Shown: positions 56,885 through 60,124 of the stretch, one piece after another
Layout: each line of letters opens with the position of its first letter
Position numbering within the stretch: the first letter of the stretch is position 1
NCBI GenBank assembly: GCA_020049295.1
Contig: JAIFLC010000032.1
Coordinates: 1-60,124 of the forward strand
Direction of reading: 5' to 3'
DNA length: 60,124 bases
DNA from: Bacteroidota bacterium
GTDB lineage: Bacteria > Bacteroidota > Bacteroidia > Bacteroidales > UBA12077
Notes under the pieces: generated by a model
What the model was told of the DNA's origin: nothing
The model's database searches: none
Seen by the model: the letters and a program-made list of their open reading frames with translations, nothing else
Program-made: the position numbers and the translations under genes

Positions 56885-58738
56885 GTGGATTCATTTGCAG
56901 GAAGAAAGAATATTATTCGATTAATTATTGGCCTTATAGGGGCTATTTATATTATTCGTTTATTTATTATTCAGGTTGTTGATAGTACCTATAAATTAAC
57001 TGCAAGTAATAATGTTTTGCGTTATGAAACTCAGTTTCCTGCCAGAGGATTAGTTTTCGACAGAAATGGAATCCTTCTTGTTTACAATGAGGCTGCATAT
57101 GATATCATGGTTAATCCAAAACAGGTTAGTCCCTTCGATACAATTGAGTTTTGTTCGATACTGGAAATTGACAAAGCATATATCGATGAAAATCTTTTAA
57201 AAGCAAGACAATACTCATTATACAAGCCATCCATATTTCTAAAGCAGATTTCTTCTATTACCTATGCTAATTTGCAAGAAAAGCTATATAAGTTCCCGGG
57301 ATTTTTTGTTCAACCTAGAACTGTCAGAAAATATGCCTCACCTCATGCCCCCCATATTTTGGGATATGTTGGTGAGGTAAATGATAAAATAATTGAATCT
57401 AATCCATACTACAAGCAAGGAGATTATATAGGAATTAGCGGTATTGAGCAGACCTACGAAGATTATCTGCGTGGTAAAAAAGGAGTAAGCATTTTTATGG
57501 TTGATGTTCATAATCGGATTAAAGGTCCATATAATGAAGGTCAATTTGATGTTCAGGCAGAAGTGGGTTCAAATGTAATTTCTACTATTGATTCCGATTT
57601 ACAGGCATATGGAGAAAATCTAATGCAAAACCTTACCGGAAGTATTGTTGCAATAGAACCAGCTACTGGAGAAATCTTAGCACTAATTTCAACCCCGGGA
57701 TATGACCCTGATTTATTAGTAGGTAGAGTACGTACCAAAAACTATAGTCTCTTAATGAATGATTCGCTTAAGCCATTGTTTAATAGGGCTATAATGGCAC
57801 AATATCCTCCCGGATCTACATTTAAGGTTATAAATGCATTAATAGGTCAACAGGAGAAAATTTTATTTCCATATACAAATTATAGTTGTCATGGAGGTTA
57901 TGTGGCAGGACGGTTAAGAGTTGGCTGTCATAATCATAATTCTCCATTGAATCTAATCGAATCTATTCAAAATTCATGCAATACATACTACTGCAATGTT
58001 TTTAGAAATATTTTAGATAATCCAAAATATACCACCGTTCGCGATGCTTATGAAAGCTGGCGTAAACAAGTATTGTCGTTTGGATTTGGTAAGGTTCTTA
58101 ACAGCGATTTTGGTAACGAACTTGCTGGACTTATCCCACCCAAAGAATTTTACGATAGAATGCATAAAACACAAAATTGGAAATCATTAAATGTTATTTC
58201 TCTTGCTATTGGTCAAGGTGAATTGGGCACTACACCACTACAAATGGCAAATATGACAGCTGCTATTGCAAATAGGGGCTATTACATTATTCCTCATGCC
58301 GTAAAAGAGATCGAAGGTGATTTTAAACTGGATTCAAGATTTACAGAAAAACAATATACTTCTATTGATTCGGTATATTTTGAACCTGTAATTAGAGGAA
58401 TGGAATTAGCTGTTAATGGTGATTTTGCAACAGGAAGTACTGCATGGAGAGCAAGAATTCCCGGTACAATTGTTTGTGGAAAAACGGGAACAGCTCAAAA
58501 TCCGCATGGCGAAGATCATTCGATTTTTATTGCATTTGCTCCAAAAGATGACCCTAAAATTGCAGTTGCTGTATATATCGAAAACGGGGGATTTGGAGGA
58601 ACATGGGCTGCTCCATTAGCAAAACTAATGATTGAAAAATATTTGAACGATTCAATTTCAGACCCATATTACGAGAACTATATTTTAAATGCTCATATAA
58701 CCATTAAAAATGAGACAAAAAGTAAATATTTGGAGTGA
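56885..58738 (+). CDS. mrdA: Penicillin-binding protein 2 (elongasome transpeptidase)
   Basis: 617 aa, GTG start. Motifs STFK, SCN and KTGTA. Confidence 0.9.
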   Translation: MDSFAGRKNIIRLIIGLIGAIYIIRLFIIQVVDSTYKLTASNNVLRYETQFPARGLVFDRNGILLVYNEAAYDIMVNPKQVSPFDTIEFCSILEIDKAYIDENLLKARQYSLYKPSIFLKQISSITYANLQEKLYKFPGFFVQPRTVRKYASPHAPHILGYVGEVNDKIIESNPYYKQGDYIGISGIEQTYEDYLRGKKGVSIFMVDVHNRIKGPYNEGQFDVQAEVGSNVISTIDSDLQAYGENLMQNLTGSIVAIEPATGEILALISTPGYDPDLLVGRVRTKNYSLLMNDSLKPLFNRAIMAQYPPGSTFKVINALIGQQEKILFPYTNYSCHGGYVAGRLRVGCHNHNSPLNLIESIQNSCNTYYCNVFRNILDNPKYTTVRDAYESWRKQVLSFGFGKVLNSDFGNELAGLIPPKEFYDRMHKTQNWKSLNVISLAIGQGELGTTPLQMANMTAAIANRGYYIIPHAVKEIEGDFKLDSRFTEKQYTSIDSVYFEPVIRGMELAVNGDFATGSTAWRARIPGTIVCGKTGTAQNPHGEDHSIFIAFAPKDDPKIAVAVYIENGGFGGTWAAPLAKLMIEKYLNDSISDPYYENYILNAHITIKNETKSKYLE

Positions 58739-60124
58739 GCTCGATTGGACAACTGTTGGTCTTTATTTTCTGCTTGTTTTAATAGGCTGGGTTAATATTT
58801 ATGCAGCTGTTTATAATGAGGAGCATCAAAGTATTTTTGATTTTACTCAACGATATGGCAAGCAACTGATTTGGATTCTAGCTGCTGTAGCCATTGTAAT
58901 TATCATCTTTACTATTGATGTTCATTTTTATTCTTTTTTTGCCTATTTTATTTATGGCTTTCTTATCTTTCTTTTAATTGCAGTACTTGTTTTTGGAAAA
59001 GAAGTTAACGGTGCACGATCATGGTTCGAAATAGGAGGATTACGTATTCAACCATCCGAATTTGCGAAAATAGCCACGGCCCTTGCATTAGCTAGGTTTT
59101 TAAGTTCTTTTAATGTACAGATTAATGCATTTAAATCATATTGGAAAATAGCGTTGTTAATTTTTGTGCCAGCTTTATTAATACTTATTCAGAATGATAC
59201 AGGATCTGCTCTTGTTTATGCCGCTTTTATATTTGTGCTTTATCGCGAAGGATTATCAGAAAGTATTTTATTATTTGGATTTTTTATTTTAGTTCTGTTT
59301 GTTCTGGCTCTTGTTATTGATAAGCTAATTATTATTATCATTTCTATGTTGGTGGCTTTACTTTTCTTCTATTTTATAAATAAAAGAACCAAAAGCTTCG
59401 TAATTGCGCTATCCATATTTATTGTTTTTACAGGTTTATTTCAAAGCTTCAACTATTTTCTTGATCTTGATTTTCCAAAGTACCTTATTGAATTAGTCGT
59501 AGTAGGAGTTTCTTCAATAATATATATTTACCTTGCGTTCAAAAATAAAATTAAACGGGAATTTGTTTTAATATTATTCCTTTTTGGCTCTATAGTATTT
59601 ACGTTTTCTGTCGATTATTTTTTTCATCATATTCTAGAACCACATCAGCAAAAAAGAATAAACACATTATTAGGAATAGAATCAGATCCTCTTGGAATAG
59701 GCTATAATGTCAACCAGTCAAAAATAGCGATTGGTTCAGGTGGTTTTTGGGGTAAAGGTTTTTTAAGTGGTACACAAACTAAGTTTGATTTTGTGCCCGA
59801 ACAAAGTACTGATTTTATTTTTTGTACTATAGGAGAAGAATGGGGATTTGTCGGTACTTTTATTGTTGTTGTTTTATTTATGTTATTATTATTCAGATTA
59901 ATCATTATTGCTGAAAGGCAAAAATCAATGTTTAGTAGGATTTATGCTTATGGTGTATTATCGATTCTCTTTTTTCATATAACCATAAATATCGGAATGA
60001 CAATTGGATTAATGCCAGTAATTGGTATTCCATTACCTTTTTTTAGTTATGGAGGATCGTCTTTATGGTCATTTACAATACTGTTATTTATTCTTTTACG
60101 ACTTGATGCAAGCAGGTTTGAGCT
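58710..60124 (+). CDS. rodA: Rod shape-determining SEDS protein RodA (3' end beyond the window)
   Basis: Absent from the ORF track because it runs off the window. ATG 58710 gives MRQKVNIWSELDWTTVGLYFLLVLIGWVNIYAAV. SEDS blocks QPSEFAKIA, GSGGFWGKG, PEQSTDFIF, GMTIGLMPVIGIPLPFFSYGGSS. Overlaps mrdA by 29 nt. Confidence 0.9.
   Translation, partial: MRQKVNIWSELDWTTVGLYFLLVLIGWVNIYAAVYNEEHQSIFDFTQRYGKQLIWILAAVAIVIIIFTIDVHFYSFFAYFIYGFLIFLLIAVLVFGKEVNGARSWFEIGGLRIQPSEFAKIATALALARFLSSFNVQINAFKSYWKIALLIFVPALLILIQNDTGSALVYAAFIFVLYREGLSESILLFGFFILVLFVLALVIDKLIIIIISMLVALLFFYFINKRTKSFVIALSIFIVFTGLFQSFNYFLDLDFPKYLIELVVVGVSSIIYIYLAFKNKIKREFVLILFLFGSIVFTFSVDYFFHHILEPHQQKRINTLLGIESDPLGIGYNVNQSKIAIGSGGFWGKGFLSGTQTKFDFVPEQSTDFIFCTIGEEWGFVGTFIVVVLFMLLLFRLIIIAERQKSMFSRIYAYGVLSILFFHITINIGMTIGLMPVIGIPLPFFSYGGSSLWSFTILLFILLRLDASRFE

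Noticed and set aside
57338-58619. Small ORFs nested in mrdA (57338-57544, 57553-57738, 58416-58619)
   Set aside because: They are out of frame or antisense within a gene that has the full SxxK/SxN/KTG motif set.
1-60124. Searched the whole window for mobile-element, prophage, CRISPR, toxin-antitoxin or defence-system hallmarks
   Set aside because: No integrase, transposase or recombinase motifs were seen. There were no regularly spaced direct repeats, no long terminal inverted repeats and no obvious compositional break. Every large ORF has a housekeeping or envelope assignment or is a short hypothetical.

Overview
This 60.1-kb window is an AT-rich, densely coding stretch of ordinary chromosome, most likely from a member of the Bacteroidota. 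The taxonomic call rests on gene content and order: purH-mreB-mreC-mreD-mrdA-rodA, rplM-rpsI-rpsB-tsf, kdsD-tatC, a DUF5686/CarboxypepD_reg protein, many SPII-type lipoproteins, and TAnnTTTG -7 boxes. I support about 55 protein genes, two tRNAs (a partial tRNA-Leu-TAG at the left edge and tRNA-His-GTG) and eight intrinsic terminators. I found no integrase, transposase, CRISPR array, toxin-antitoxin pair, phage gene or recognisable defence gene, and composition looks uniform by eye (not computed). The window therefore does not read as an accessory island, and I cannot claim a clearly new system. The best candidate for unexplained biology is the AmmeMemoRadiSam cluster at 23890-29129. It contains a Memo-AMMECR1 fusion with a lipoprotein-type signal peptide and a radical SAM enzyme with a Tat-like KR signal. 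Between them sits a polytopic spermidine-synthase-like gene in which the acidic residues of the SpeE active-site motif appear replaced. The radical SAM reading frame has no stop until it has run 412 nt antisense into the convergent copA. Other points worth a second look:
- rpsI stops 8 codons before the near-universal S9 tail.
- A small lipoprotein carries a bc-type Rieske signature altered to CPCCGS.
- A U32 (RlhA/TrhP-like) gene is coupled to a SAM methyltransferase within an RNA-modification neighbourhood.
- The copZ-copA leader is densely structured and lies beside an HMA-AraC fusion regulator.
- Two divergent tandem beta-barrel paralogs lie next to lptB.
All family assignments come from motif recognition by eye, not from database searches.
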